Positions 30,523 through 42,112 of a stretch of 64,000 bases of DNA are shown piece after piece (position 1 is the stretch's first letter; each line of letters begins with the position of its first letter). The stretch comes from Octopus bimaculoides. Its lineage: Eukaryota. The notes below the pieces were generated by a model, which made no database searches, was not told the DNA's origin, and saw only the letters and a program-made list of their open reading frames with translations. Made by a program: the position numbers and the translations under genes. Where the stretch lies: contig NC_068981.1 in NCBI RefSeq assembly GCF_001194135.2, positions 80,319,139 to 80,383,138 on the forward strand, read 5' to 3'.

Positions 30523-33500
30523 CATTTGTGTGTCTGTGTTGGTTCCCCCACCATCGCTTGANNNNNNNNNNTATATATATGTGTGTGTGTGTGTGTGTGC
30601 GTTTGTGTGTCTGTGTTGGTTCCCCCACCATCGCTTGACAACTGATGGTGGTGTGTTTACGTCCACGTAACTTAGCGGTTTGGCAAAAGAGACCGATAGA
30701 ATTAGTACTAGGCTTCCAAAGAATAAGTCCTGGGGTCGATTTGCTCAACTAAAGGCGGTGCTCCAACATGGCCGCAGTCAAATGACTGAAACAAGTAAAA
30801 GAGTAAAAGAGTAATAACAGGCAGTGGCTCCCATGGCTTCTTATCTTAACTGATTGGAAGTATTATTGTGTATATTGTTTTGTCTTGGGCTACAGCAAGT
30901 ATTCTGCTCAATACCAAAGATTTGCTTGTCAGTTGTTTGACCTTAACCAGTTAAGCATGTCCCTTAGTGGCTGACAATATGTGCATCACTGATCATGAGC
31001 AGAAGTAGTTGGGGAGCATCATAGCCATGTGTTGAGAGAAATTCTTTGGGGTTTGGATAATTCACCTTTGGAAATATGGGTGTTTCATTCAACATCCTTA
31101 AAAACCCTTATTCAGAGACCTTTTGAGCAGGTCATGCACTGTCTATCTTGATATAAGATCACCATGTCGTGCATGTATGTTTGTGGTGCATGTGCTTGGT
31201 GTACCCTTATAAGATGGGTAGTCATGATAGGTATACTGGGCTTTGTATATTTTATCCCAGTGTCACTTTTATGGCATGCACTACTCTCTCACTCAATAAT
31301 AATAATAATAATAATAATATATATATANNNNNNNNNNNNNNNNNNNNNNNNNNNNNNNNNNNNNNNNNNNNNNNNNNNNNNNNNNNNNNNNNNNNNNNNN
31401 NNNNNNNNNNNNNNNNNNNNNNNNNNNNNNNNNNNNNNNNNNNNNNNNNNNNNNNNNNNNNNNNNNNNNNNNNNNNNNNNNNNNNNNNNNNNNNNNNNNN
31501 NNNNNNNNNNNNNNNNNNNNNNNNNNNNNNNNNNNNNNNNNNNNNNNNNNNNNNNNNNNNNNNNNNNNNNNNNNNNNNNNNNNNNNNNNNNNNNNNNNNN
31601 NNNNNNNNNNNNNNNNNNNNNNNNNNNNNNNNNNNNNNNNNNNNNNNNNNNNNNNNNNNNNNNNNNNNNNNNNNNNNNNNNNNNNNNNNNNNNNNNNNNN
31701 NNNNNNNNNNNNNNNNNNNNNNNNNNNNNNNNNNNNNNNNNNNNNNNNNNNNNNNNNNNNNNNNNNNNNNNNNNNNNNNNNNNNNNNNNNNNNNNNNNNN
31801 NNNNNNNNNNNNNNNNNNNNNNNNNNNNNNNNNNNNNNNNNNNNNNNNNNNNNNNNNNNNNNNNNNNNNNNNNNNNNNNNNNNNNNNNNNNNNNNNNNNN
31901 NNNNNNNNNNNNNNNNNNNNNNNNNNNNNNNNNNNNNNNNNNNNNNNNNNNNNNNNNNNNNNNNNNNNNNNNNNNNNNNNNNNNNNNNNNNNNNNNNNNN
32001 NNNNNNNNNNNNNNNNNNNNNNNNNNNNNACAGGAGTGGCTGTGTGGTAAGTAGCTTGCTTACCAACCACATGGTTCCGAGTTCAGTCTCACTGTGTGGC
32101 ACCTTGGGCAAGTGTCTTCTACTATAGCCTCGGGCCGACCAAAGCCTTGTGAGTGGATTTGGTAGATAGAAACTGAAAGAAGCCTGTCGTATATATATAT
32201 ATGTATATAATCATCTATTCCACAGTCTTCAAAATCATTTGATCAGAAAAAATAAGAATTCTGTAGATGAGGTCAGAACAGTACTAGAAGAGTATTTTTC
32301 ATCATGGACAAGTGAATTTTGGAAGAGGGGCCTTGCAAGTCTACCAGATAAATGGAAGTGCATTGTAGAATATGAAGGAGAGTATATTTTAGATTAAAAA
32401 AGAGCTTGGTTTATCTTAATTTTGAAAAATAAAAGCAGTATAAAGAAACCGCATTATTTATAAGATGACCCAGTATATTATAGTTGGTGCTTCGGCATGG
32501 CCACAGCCAAATGAGTGAAACAAGTAAAAGAATGAAAGAATATATATATATGTGTATATGTGTCTGCATAAGTGTGTGTGCATGTGTGTGTATATATATA
32601 TATGTATATGTATGTATGCATTTTGCATCATTGTTTTTAGCTTTTGAATGATGCCACCCTGCTGGCTAGGCAAGCAGGCCAACATTCCCCTTGATCAGAA
32701 GACTAGTCCATCACAGTGTTACCCATTTACAGCTAAGTGGACTGGAGTGAAATGAAGTGTTTTGCTCAAGAATGCAACACACCATCTGGTCTGAGAATCA
32801 AACCCACGATCTAGCGATCATGAATGCTACTCTAACCACTAGGCTCAGTGCCTTCATCTATTGGTTTCAAATTTCAGCACAAGACTGGCAGTTTCAGACG
32901 AGAGGCAGTAAGTCAATTACATCAATCCCAGTGTTCAACTGGTACTTATTTTATCTACCCTGAAAGGATGAAAGGGGAAGTAGTCCCTGGTGGAATTTGA
33001 ACTCAGATCATCAAGTCAAAAGAAATACTGCTAAGTATTTGACTGATGTGCTCATGATTCTGCCAGCTCAGCATGATGCTACATATAAGAATATATGCCT
33101 AAACATTTGATACCACCTTCACTCCATCACTGCTCCATAAACTTCTGGATACAGATGTAAAAACATCAGACCATCACTTCTCTGAATGGCCTTGAAAAGA
33201 ACATTCAACAGAGAGACTATGTCTTAGTTTCCTTATTGCTACAATAATACAGTCACTATAAATCAAGGAAACAGTTTCATACCTCACTCTTCTTAGTCAC
33301 GAACAGCACTTACAATGCCTTCAAAGTTTCTATAAATGCTACACCTCACTATCTTCATGTGTTAGTACCCTACCCCTATGCTATACAATATTGATAAAAC
33401 TATGAGATAGACTAAAATTTCTCTTTAGGACCACTTCAATCCAGAACCTGTAAAAGCTTGAGTAAGACCCATTTTGGATTATGGCTCATATCTGTTGCTA

Positions 33501-36500
33501 CACACATAAAATCCTCAACCCTCCTTCCTCAAAAGGCCTTCAACTGATTGGCAAAGATTCCCTCACCAGTGCACATGCATTAACCTCTATTTTGTTGCAC
33601 CACACTTTCATGTTCATATTTTTTTAATGATTTCTGATGAGATACCAAAGGAAAATTCTCCTTAGTCAAAAAAAAAGCATAACTTTGTAATATGAATAGA
33701 TTTAAATAACAAAACTGTATATGAAGCTGATCAAAACAACATCAAAATGTAGACTAGTAGATGCTGAATGCCTGGTATTTCAGGAAGTTGGGACAGAGAA
33801 GTATTTTTGCAAAACATTGTGGAATGCACACATAGCTAGTTTGTTGTGGTTGAGTTGCAGCTAATGAAGAATTTAACACTAAGCTTCTCTACTGAACAGA
33901 ACACAAAAAAATACAGTAACTTCACTGACAAATGAAAGGACTGATTAACTGAGGAAAAGTTTAAAAGTGTACCAAAACTGCTTTCTTTTTTCAGGGAGAA
34001 AGTGCCCAGTCTAAAAGGAATACACCGAATTGGTTGATAGAAAAATGAAATTATTTACAAAAAGATAAATTATGGAGAAGTGTTTGATTTCCTCGTTAGA
34101 CATTATATGCTGAAATAAATACAATTTATTTTGCAACATTAGTTCTAAAGAACAATTATGTGATATGTTGCAGAAATGTCAAAATATCTACAGATATGAA
34201 ACAAGTCTCTTGGAGAGAGTCCAATTCTTCTCACTTGCAGTTGATAAAAGTCAAGATGCAAATGATATTGCAATATTTATACATATAGCTCTAATTTTGA
34301 TATATTTATAGAATTTGTTCACCTTGGGGGTTATTAGAATTGCAGATATTTTGTATTGAAATTCTCAAGCCAAATCTTATTGTATTGCAGAAGGAAACAA
34401 ATGTAATTGGGATTTAAAGGAAAATTGTTAAACTTCACTGAACAGTTTATGAAGAAGCATGGTATGCTAAATCTTAAGGAAATTAACATAGTTTCATCAT
34501 TTTAATGTCTATATTTTTCATGTTTGTATGGGTCTAGTGAAAGCAGTAAATACCAAGCTATCTAAAAGTCTGTGTCAAAAACAGAACAATTAAAAATTGA
34601 ATTTGTAAGCAGAGACACTTAATTATGATTTATTGTACTTTTGTAGTATATGCTGACTCATTTAAGATTCTATGTATGAAAGAGTTTATGAACTCCCTGT
34701 ACAAATTACGGAGAAGTAAAAACAAGAGTTTCAGAGTTCCTTACATTTTTAGTTAATAAATTTTTCCACTTCAGCTGAATTTATGGTTGCAGAAATTCTG
34801 TCATTTAATGCCCTTGATGAACAAAGTGTACTGCTTGGGATGAAATTTATATTTTGAGAAACATAACTAAAAAATGTGCCTCCTTTACACACTGCTACAT
34901 TGCAGAAAAAGAAACCCACTGACGCTTTAAAATGTACTGAGGGTTATACTCAAACTTAGGGTCGGTCAATTTTTTAATACATTGTATGCATTTTGATGAT
35001 TTAAAACTATCTGTTACCCATTTTGATTTAGAAGTAGAATATCTTGTTTGTAGAAAGTTTGTATTAAATTTCGTGGCTTATAAGGAAAGTATTATTCTTA
35101 GTAACATTTATTGTAACATTTAGAGATTTAAAAAATTTTTTAGTGAGTTACTGAAACCAATTTTGTCTCCATCCTTGAATCAAGTTAACCTTGTGGACAA
35201 AATTACACCTCGGTATGTTCGTTCTTCTGTGAGATGTGAAAAGCTGGAAAACAGGAAACTCATTTTATTTTTAGGTCTGGTATCATTAAAAAAACACAAA
35301 AACAAAAAGAAGAGAGAGTGAGAATTTTGGTGTGTTACTATTTAAGGAAGCCACACAATTCTCTGTGCTTCATGAGGGTGACATATGCATTAAAATACTG
35401 AAAACAATTGGTTTAGAGTATAATCAAGTGATCTGGATTCCTGGCTTTCACCCAGATGGCATAGCTTAGATTCCCAGTATAGGAATACAATAATTTGACA
35501 TACAATACTTGTGTTGTTGTTTAGCTCAATTTCTAGCAGAATTATGGTAAAAAGTATTTCAACCATGATTGTCCAGACTTTGTTTTTCTAGATACAGAAT
35601 ATCTTGAATTGAATTATCTTGAATTGGTTTGATGTAGATTTAGCTACTATTTTAACAATGACAAGGAGGCTCTTTGATTGGCTCGGAGCCATTGTATTAT
35701 GCACAAAATTATGCATGCTTCTTGCTAGTTTGGCTGACAAATGAATCCTCTTGCACTTCATGGTTGAGTAGAGCAAACATGTTGCAGTTAAAATAAATTT
35801 ACAAAAATTATCTCAATGGTTTCAGTAAATAAATAAAAATGAATTTAAACCTGCAAAAAGAAAAAGATTCTTTTCTAGTAGTTCCTTAAATTCTTTGTTT
35901 ATACTAGCATAAAACAGCCTGGAGGATGGTACTTTTGCTAGTATTTTTTTTTTTTGAAAACAGTAAATTAAAACAAATAGACGTAGTAAAGAAAGAGAGA
36001 GAGAGAGAGAGAGGGAGAGAGCATTGTAGTAACATGTTAAAAAACGCTGACTGTCTCACAGTGAATTAAAATTAGGTTTCCAACTGAGTCATGTAATGAA
36101 AATCTTCAATAATAAAAGAATTTTAATAGATTAAAAATTCTCAAAAAGGAATTTTTGAGAATTTTCTAGGCAATGCAGACTTTAATAATTACTTTATTTC
36201 AGTAAATATTACATACTCATAACTTATTAATAAGTAGCTTTCTTTATTGTAGTATAGACATTCCTTTGAGCTGAAATTGTAAGTAAAATATCTAATAAAG
36301 ACATCCATTGTTAATTATATATTTATCTATCATTTTGTTGCAGTTTTATTTGTTTCAAAACAGTTTCATCACTTATTCACTCATCTCTATTCCATCTGTA
36401 TCTAGGGCTGTAACTAAAATATTACGAATAAACAATTAGTTGTATATTTGTTTGAGCACAAATAATTATGTATTCACATTATTTATTTGATTATATGAGA

Positions 36501-37706
36501 TCATGTTTATAGACACGCTGAATATCCCCGAGAACTACATTAAGGGTACACGTGTCTGTGGAGTGCTCAGCCACTTGCACGTTAATTTCACGAGCAGGCT
36601 GTTCCGTTGATCGGATCAACTGGAACCCTCGACGTCGTAAGCGATGGAGTGCCAACAACAACAACAATTTATTTCAACAAAAATTTGATAACAAAATGGT
36701 AAAGTTAGTTTATTTGAGTATAGAATATATCAAGTACCTCTTTATTTGATAAACAATTTTTAAATATTTTTTTTTCTATGTTGATCAATTTCTAACAATG
36801 TTTTCCTTTGCTGCAGGTTATATACACTTATTGAAGAACCTGAAGGTGATGATAACTAACAGATAAGAAAACTGCTTCAATGTTAGATTCCTTCTATGTC
36901 AAGCTCCTTCAGCAAGCAAGTTTGACATTTAAGGAGTTTTACTCCTTCATTAATATTTGAAAGCCTTTTGAAGAATTGCCACTTGATAAAGATCAATGTT
37001 TTATAGAAAATTTCAGAAACTGAAAATATTCTGAGATAATTATTTTTTATATTTTCAACCGATCCAATAGATATTTTGTTTAGGGAATTTTTGAAAAAAA
37101 AAAAAAAACCCCACAGTTCTTTGATGCAGTTTATTTCTTCTTTTACTCTGTTTCTGTCTATCTGTGTATTTCTCTCTCTTATTTGTCCTTGTCTTTTTTT
37201 TTTTTTTGCATTATGCATTTTCTTCCATTCATTTATGGAAATACTTTTCTCCATATGAGCTTATTTCTCTTGGTTCTAGATCACAGCCATAATCACCTGC
37301 ATAGATATTTATTAAAGAATGAGATATACCCTTAGTTCATCATGTTCTTTTGGCTGTCTTCATGAGTGAAAACGAAGTGATCAATGTCACACTTTAGAGC
37401 CAAAGTGTGATTGTGGTGAAAAAACAATGGCTGGGATCCACTGAATTACCTGCTCCTGAATTAATATGTAAGTGTCTGAGCATTCTACAGACATATCGTT
37501 CATGCAATTCTCACGCAGAATCAGTATAACAAGTGTATGCGACAAGAGAGTATTTTTTTAATTGGAGATAAAATTTACCTGATGCACCTCTATATATTTT
37601 CATTCTATCCAATTTCACTCACAAGTTATTTATCCAAAATACTATGCAGCGTGTGATTGAACGCAAAAATAGTGTGTGATCAACCCCATTTACCATGTGT
37701 GTGTGT

Positions 37707-37744
<38 letters not shown>

Positions 37745-38692
37745 GTGTGTACATGTATAATCAGGGTGCAATTGTAGCCATTTTATATTTTTGATTTCGT
37801 GCATGTTTGTTTTAAGTCTGCATTGTTTGTTTTGATTCTGTCAAGTACACAGTATTGTAGGGTTGGTTGGGTACCATCTGTTAGAAAAACAGTGCCACGA
37901 TGCAAGTCACTCTGCCAAAATTTTGGAAATGACATGCTGTACTGCTTGGCATTTGCACCAGAAGCTCCAACACAAACTGATGGTGAACATACAGAACAAC
38001 CGTTGGCTTGTTGTCTCCCCAAAACATGTACCGAGAGTGATGAAACTCAAACATCCAGTCAACATCATGGTGTTTGGAGTGATCACTAGTGATGGTGACG
38101 TTATGCCTCCATTCATTGTCCCACGCAGCCTCAGATTCAACACAATGGCCTACATGAAATGCCTAGAGGAAGTAGTGCTGTCCTGGGTCAAGAGGATGGC
38201 TGCTGGAAGATCCTATGTCTGGGAACAGGACTCTGCAGCATGCCACACAAGTAGGAGAAACCAGTCATAGCTCTCAGACAATTTCTGTGATCACATCACC
38301 CCTAGCATCTGGCCGCCTAACTCCCCAGACTGCAACACCCTTGGTTATTATGTGTGGGGCACAGTTGAGTGAGAGACCAACAAAACTCCTTATAACACCA
38401 AAGATGAATTGATGGCAAGGATTATAGCAGCATTCACCGACATAAACAAGGAAATCATCCAGAAGAGTTGCAGATTACATGTCTGTATGTATGGATGTGT
38501 GTCTCCTTGTGTGAAGTGAAGTGTGTGTATATATGGTCATGTGTTTCAGTCTTCATTTGCATATGTATGTGTGTATGTGTGTGTCTGTTCATATTGCCTA
38601 TGTATTTATCCATCTGTATGTCTATCTGTTTACATTCATATCCATTTACCTACATACATATGCATATACATATACGTATACTTATACATACA

Positions 38693-38728
<36 letters not shown>

Positions 38729-39875
38729 AGTGGAGAGAAAGAGAGAGAGAATGAATGAACAACAGCTACATAAGAATTGTTGGTAAGGAGATTGGATAGA
38801 AAGAGTATGAGTAACATGATAGAAGAAAAGAGAATGATAGAAGGGAAGTGAGATGATAGGAGGAGGAATAATTGGAGGGAAGGTGATAGGAAAGATTACT
38901 GAGGAAAAGAGGGTGATAGCAGAGACAGAGTGGCAGTGGAAGAGTGGATGACAACAATGGATGAGAGAGAAGAGAGTAATGTGAGAGAGAAAATAATGAG
39001 GTGAGTGATGGAAAAAAAGTGGGAGTGATGAATGTCAGTATTGAGTGATAAGGGAAAGAGAAAGAGGTTTGCAATAAAGGAGTGACGGTAATGTTGGGGT
39101 ATTGAATACAGCAGATTCAATGTAATATTATCTCTGAGTAACCAGGTGTCATAAAGAGAGTTAGGGTGAAAGTGTGTGTATGTGGGGGGTGGTATTGATA
39201 GAGGAGAGGACAAGTTATGAGAGAATAATGAAGAGAGGTGAAAGCAGTATTAGGAGAGTTAGTATGAACATAAATGTCAGGAGGACCTAAATATAGACAT
39301 TGTATATCCCAATCTCCATCACCATGTGTGTGTGCATGTGCATGTGTGTGTATGTGTATGTGTGGGTGGGTGGGGGTGGGGTATGTACATGCATGCACAT
39401 GTGTGTGCATACCATCAGTATTTTCCGAAGAAAATTGTCTTGCTGCAATGAAATTTTGTAAATTACTGAATATTGTATATGAAAATTACTTGAATAAAAT
39501 TTTTTTATAAGAGACATAACCATATAGTCAGTTATTAATACTTTCTTTTCTTTTTTTTTTAGCCTTTTTATTTCTTTTTCATTCTGACAATATTTCAATG
39601 TCTATAAATGTCAAAAACTGATCCATGTCTGTAACTAGGTTTTAACTCCTGGTTTCATTTGTTTTATATTATTTACATTGCTTACATTATGTTGTGACTA
39701 TTGTTTATATTGTTTACAAGCTGATTGTAGATCAGACAACTACCCAAAAAGTCACCACAACATTGTATACAAGGACAAGATACTTAACTCTCAAGAACTG
39801 TGTTCACCTAAGTTTCCAGGAAGAGAAGATGATGATGGCAATAAAGAGGTTGCAAAACAAATTCATTTCTCTTAG
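5251..39875 (+). CDS. Gene A: 3' portion of an unidentified multi-exon gene (long, low-complexity Ser-rich C-terminal region)
   Basis: Phase-consistent GT-AG chain 5251-5334, 5423-5667, 9135-9669, (11917-11952), 18978-19002, 36817-36845, 39721-39875(TAG). No domain recognised; the 5' exons probably lie upstream of the window. Confidence 0.55.
5423..5667 (+). CDS. Gene A exon
   Basis: ttttttcctatag|CT ATA AAT AAG GAA GAA ... ATT AGC AAG|gtaaac; open frame INKEEFYNQTLPQVRYQSDEYVGLRRPARFDG...SPDISK, GC-richer than flanks. Confidence 0.75.
6046..6877 (+). mobile_element. Mariner-family deletion derivative (N-terminal HTH only), TIRs and TA target duplication; internal duplication is an assembly artefact
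   Basis: TIR ...tcatctcataaatgatgcagtttt / aaaactgcattatttatgggatgaccc; translation MEVTKDHIWHILLYEFNKGNNAMESARNINAVYG...WWFQKF*TGNYSLENKPHPGRS. Confidence 0.85.
8700..8916 (+). mobile_element. Mariner-derived MITE
   Basis: TIRs caagggggtgctgaaaagttcctgg / ccaggaacttttcagccccctcttg, flanking TA; internal GLEKLKDCYNKWVNLRGEYVE*. Confidence 0.8.
9135..9669 (+). CDS. Gene A large exon
   Basis: ttttatttgcag|CGT CCC AAA TCC ... GAA CAA A|gtaatg. It lies within the 197-aa ORF (RPKSLEDNLNELRSDHKTKCLSRYNSVRRRQLERLRQRSDWFLG...), and its phase 0 acceptor matches the 5667 donor. The donor position is less certain. Confidence 0.8.
11917..11952 (+). CDS. Gene A candidate 36-nt symmetric exon (phase 1-1)
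   Basis: Branch-point-like ACTGACTAAT at 11881, cttcctacaatag|CT GGA GTA TCC TGT CTG CCA ACA AAT CAA CCA ATA G|gtaatg; open in phase 1. Confidence 0.4.
   Translation: MEYPVCQQINQ
18411..18632 (+). mobile_element. MITE-like repeat (ttaacccttta...taaagggttaa type); inverted copy at about 49800-50007
   Basis: Short TIR-like ends and shared internal sequence between the two copies. Confidence 0.55.
18978..19002 (+). CDS. Gene A microexon (25 nt, or 22 nt via NAGNAG acceptor)
   Basis: Long poly-T tract then TAG CAG|, donor GGAG|gtaagt (perfect consensus). Reads VSVGITR in phase 1 to 2. Confidence 0.55.
21762..21773 (+). CDS. Candidate 12-nt microexon of gene A
   Basis: tttgtttttccag|TGCCTGAAGTTG|gtatga. 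Open in phase 1 (xPEV); a stop (TGA) in phase 2. Confidence 0.3.
21857..22075 (+). mobile_element. (ATG)n-tailed retroposon end sharing the RTE 3' UTR (other copies about 2363-2575, 21400-21625, 40375-40540, 44490-44700, 60021-60490)
   Basis: Shared ggttggcgttaggaagggcatccagccgtagaaac ... ccaacccatgctagcatggaaagcggacgttaaacgatgatg. Confidence 0.85.
22350..22570 (+). mobile_element. tRNA-headed SINE with CORE-like and V-domain-like segments; same head with a different body at about 5735-6030
   Basis: A/B boxes, then gggcaaaatacttcatttcatgttgctccagtccactcaactgg and gcgatggaccagcgtcccatccagg. Confidence 0.55.
23715..25066. repeat. Large AT-rich foldback inverted repeat (arms about 560 bp, spacer about 240 bp)
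   Basis: 23715-24270 is the reverse complement of 24521-25066 with scattered mismatches, mostly transitions. Confidence 0.93.
25967..26435 (-). mobile_element. Second copy of the same mariner (5' part)
   Basis: Reverse complement of the 6046-6800 sequence with the same TIR. Confidence 0.85.
26600..27370 (-). mobile_element. Decayed Penelope-like element (GIY-YIG-like region)
   Basis: ESAIIVHGVNC...LLFIGFE...ELQQL loosely matches the GIY-YIG pattern. A related fragment lies at about 14930-15570. Confidence 0.45.
27460..27830 (+). mobile_element. RTE LINE 3' fragment
   Basis: LREKLNLRSISCGVQERRLHWYGHVVRMDEDSGVKKC...GRGRPRK. Confidence 0.85.
28975..30090 (-). mobile_element. RTE LINE 3' end with its 3' UTR (23-bp minisatellite, (ATG)n tail)
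   Basis: MREKLGIRGISCMQERRVFWFGHVMQMD...GKPWKTWDEV runs into a UTR containing GGAAGGG-TCC and ending in (atg)n. Confidence 0.8.
30150..30383 (+). mobile_element. Restriction-like-endonuclease (R4/Dong-type) non-LTR fragment
   Basis: VTVIPVVVEEMG...ILLSALRR resembles the decayed 'VIPVVIGALG...ARILR' C-terminus. Confidence 0.4.
30866..31170 (+). repeat. Dispersed repeat, second copy at about 45279-45550
   Basis: Shared attctgctcaataccacagatttgcttgtcagttgtttgacc...gaagtagtgggggagcatcatagccatgtgttgagag. Confidence 0.8.
32205..32473 (+). mobile_element. 3' end of the same mariner family (transposase C-terminus + TIR)
   Basis: HLFHSLQNHL...VRTVLEEYF...LPDKWKCIVEYEGEYILD*; TIR accgcattatttataagatgaccc. 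Confidence 0.75.
33760..35140 (+). mobile_element. Decayed hAT (SPIN/Buster, GTF2IRD2-like) transposase
   Basis: Residual motifs VFQEVGTEKYF and FFSLAVDKSQDANDIAI; many stops and frameshifts. Confidence 0.6.
36817..36845 (+). CDS. Gene A microexon (29 nt, phase 2 to 1); read-through gives alternative stop at 36857-36859
   Basis: CTAAC branch point, ttttcctttgctgcag|G TTA TAT ACA CTT ATT GAA GAA CCT GAA G|gtgatg. It restores phase 1 after the 25-nt microexon. Confidence 0.5.
37758..38480 (+). mobile_element. maT-type (DD37D) Tc1/mariner transposase relic
   Basis: KHPVNIMVFGVITSDGDVMPPF...WEQDSAACH...WPPNSPDCNTLGYYVW; 37 residues between the second Asp and the third-Asp position (mutated to Gly); internal stop. 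Confidence 0.8.
39721..39875 (+). CDS. Gene A candidate terminal coding exon
   Basis: tattgtttacaag|CT GAT TGT AGA TCA GAC ... CAT TTC TCT TAG; ADCRSDNYPKSHHNIVYKDKILNSQELCSPKFPGREDDDGNKEVAKQIHFS*. Confidence 0.5.
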
Positions 39876-39989
39876 TTAAAATATTTTATTCCACAATATA
39901 TATCTTTTGATAAAACACAAATGACCATTGATTGATTGAAATGATAAAACATTTGCAAAGGTTAAATCCATAGACTTGCAGGATGGAAA

Positions 39990-40059
39990 TCAGTTAGCAG
40001 TGATCTGGAAATTTTCAACTTTCTCAAGAAGTGTTTCTGAATAACCAGGAGAATAATAC
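39990..40059 (-). CDS. SPAG6: SPAG6 exon 9 (terminal)
   Basis: cttctttcag|G TAT TAT TCT CCT GGT TAT TCA GAA ... GCT AAC TGA. The phase-2 acceptor matches the exon 8 donor. Confidence 0.93.
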
Positions 40060-42075
40060 CTGAAAGAAGAATAAGATGCAGATATGAAGATCTAGAAATA
40101 TTGATTTCTTAAATAAATAAACATAAAGGCAATTATTGTTCAAGAGATGTACAAATGAATAATTGATTCTGGGCAGTTATTGGTAAGGACCTGGATGTCC
40201 AAGCTGATAGAGCTCTGGACAACTATGCCAAGAAGATAGCGTTTCATACCCTGTCACACTCACTGTTTTGTATCCATGGTTGAAACACTTGACTTTTAAC
40301 AGACTTTGATTAAGTTAGTGCTAAAAAGTTAACTAGAGATATATAATTATGCAGTGAGGAAATAACAATCATCTTCATCACCATTATAATCATTTAATAT
40401 CTATCTTCCATGCTGGCATGAGCTGGAGGACTACATTGAGCTCCAATATCTGTTTTGGGTTTGGTTTCTATAGCTAGATGCCCTTTTTAATGCCAACCAC
40501 TTTACAGAGTGTATTAAATCTACTTTTCATTACTTCAAAACTAATGAAGCTGCCAAGTTACTATCAAGTCAAAGGAAAAGACCCATCAACTGAGTGGGGT
40601 TGTAAGTAGTGCCAAGTACGCAGAATTTATGTATGAGTAACAGGTATATAAATGTACATAAAGTGTACATGAAATATTCATAAGTAACACAGCAAAATAA
40701 AAGAACTAAAATTATATATATAAAAAAAAGCAAAAGCTAATTCTTTACTCAAGGATATTCCCTTTGCTTGAAACCAGCAGGAGAAGATTCTCTCAAAATT
40801 GTAAGTCCATGCTAATTGGCCTATCTGGGTTCTTCACTGCATGAGCCTGTTTGTCAGCGGCACACATAATGATGGCACTCCATCAAATTCAGGTTTTCCT
40901 TTAGGCTTGGAGAAGTTATTGCAAAATCATTCCAATATATTCCTCTCTTGACTCATTAGAGGAAAACCAGAGCTTCAGTGGTTCTGACAACTGACTTAAC
41001 CTTTTTTATACCAACCTTTGCTCTTTGATATAAATTTATGTTTTAAAGAGATCTAAGTAGAAACCTTTCACCAAAATTTCACGTTAATTTATTTTCCAAA
41101 ATTCAGCTTAATAACGACTTAGCTATTTTACTAAATTCTTCAATATTTTCAAAATTAACCGAAACAAAGCAATGTATATCAATTGAAACATGATAACAAA
41201 AGGTTTAAAGTTACAGGACTTAATCACCATTATCCACACCAATATTTCACTGTATACATTATACTGACTCATAAATGTAAATTAGAACAAAGCCTATATT
41301 CAGAACTATTCAGAAAATAATCATTTTGATACCAACCCACCTGAGATTGCTCTGAGTTCTATGATACAAATTTCCTATTTTAAAGTGATTTAATTTAAAA
41401 CCTTTCATCAAAATTTCATGCTAATTTATGTTCCAAACTTAGTAATAGCAAAGTTATTTTACTAAATTCTTCATTATTTTCCAAAGGAATCGAAACAATT
41501 GCAGTGATTTTTCATCAAAAATATGGTGACAAAAGGGTTAAAGTAAATTGGAATATTATCATCATCATCATTTAACATCCGCTCTCTATGCTAGCATGGG
41601 TTGCATGGTTTGATATGGAGTTGGCTAACAGCGAGCTGTCCTGACTCCGACTGTCTGTTGTGGCATGGTTTCTACTGAATAGAATCTGGAAAAATTTAGA
41701 GTGAAATAAAATTGAATTTTTATGGAATGGGTACATACTTGATAACTTCTTCGGGGTAACAGTTATTGATGGTGTTCACATATTCAGCAAGTGCAGTTCC
41801 TGGCTCAACCTTAATTTCTTGGACTTTCTTTAGCCCACCACTCGTGACAAACAAACGTCTGGCTTTAGTGTCATTAGGAAGCACTTTGCTGAACTGTCCA
41901 ATGACATATTTAAGGATATTCGGTGGAGCATCAATCAGGAGTGGTTCAAGAGCAGGGAGGTAGACACATTTCTGTAAAATGTTCTTCAGAGCCTTCTTGC
42001 ACTGCACAACAATATAAAGTAAATAAAATCAAACAAGACATTGATGATATCCTGGATATGACAAGCAAAAAGAAA

Positions 42076-42112
<37 letters not shown>

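Noticed and set aside
35588-35776. 62-aa minus-strand ORF
   Set aside because: No splice signals or family match; likely decayed repeat.
38740-39270. Purine-rich strand-asymmetric tract with 100-aa ORFs on the minus strand
   Set aside because: Degenerate (GA)-rich low-complexity DNA; the ORFs are a compositional artefact.
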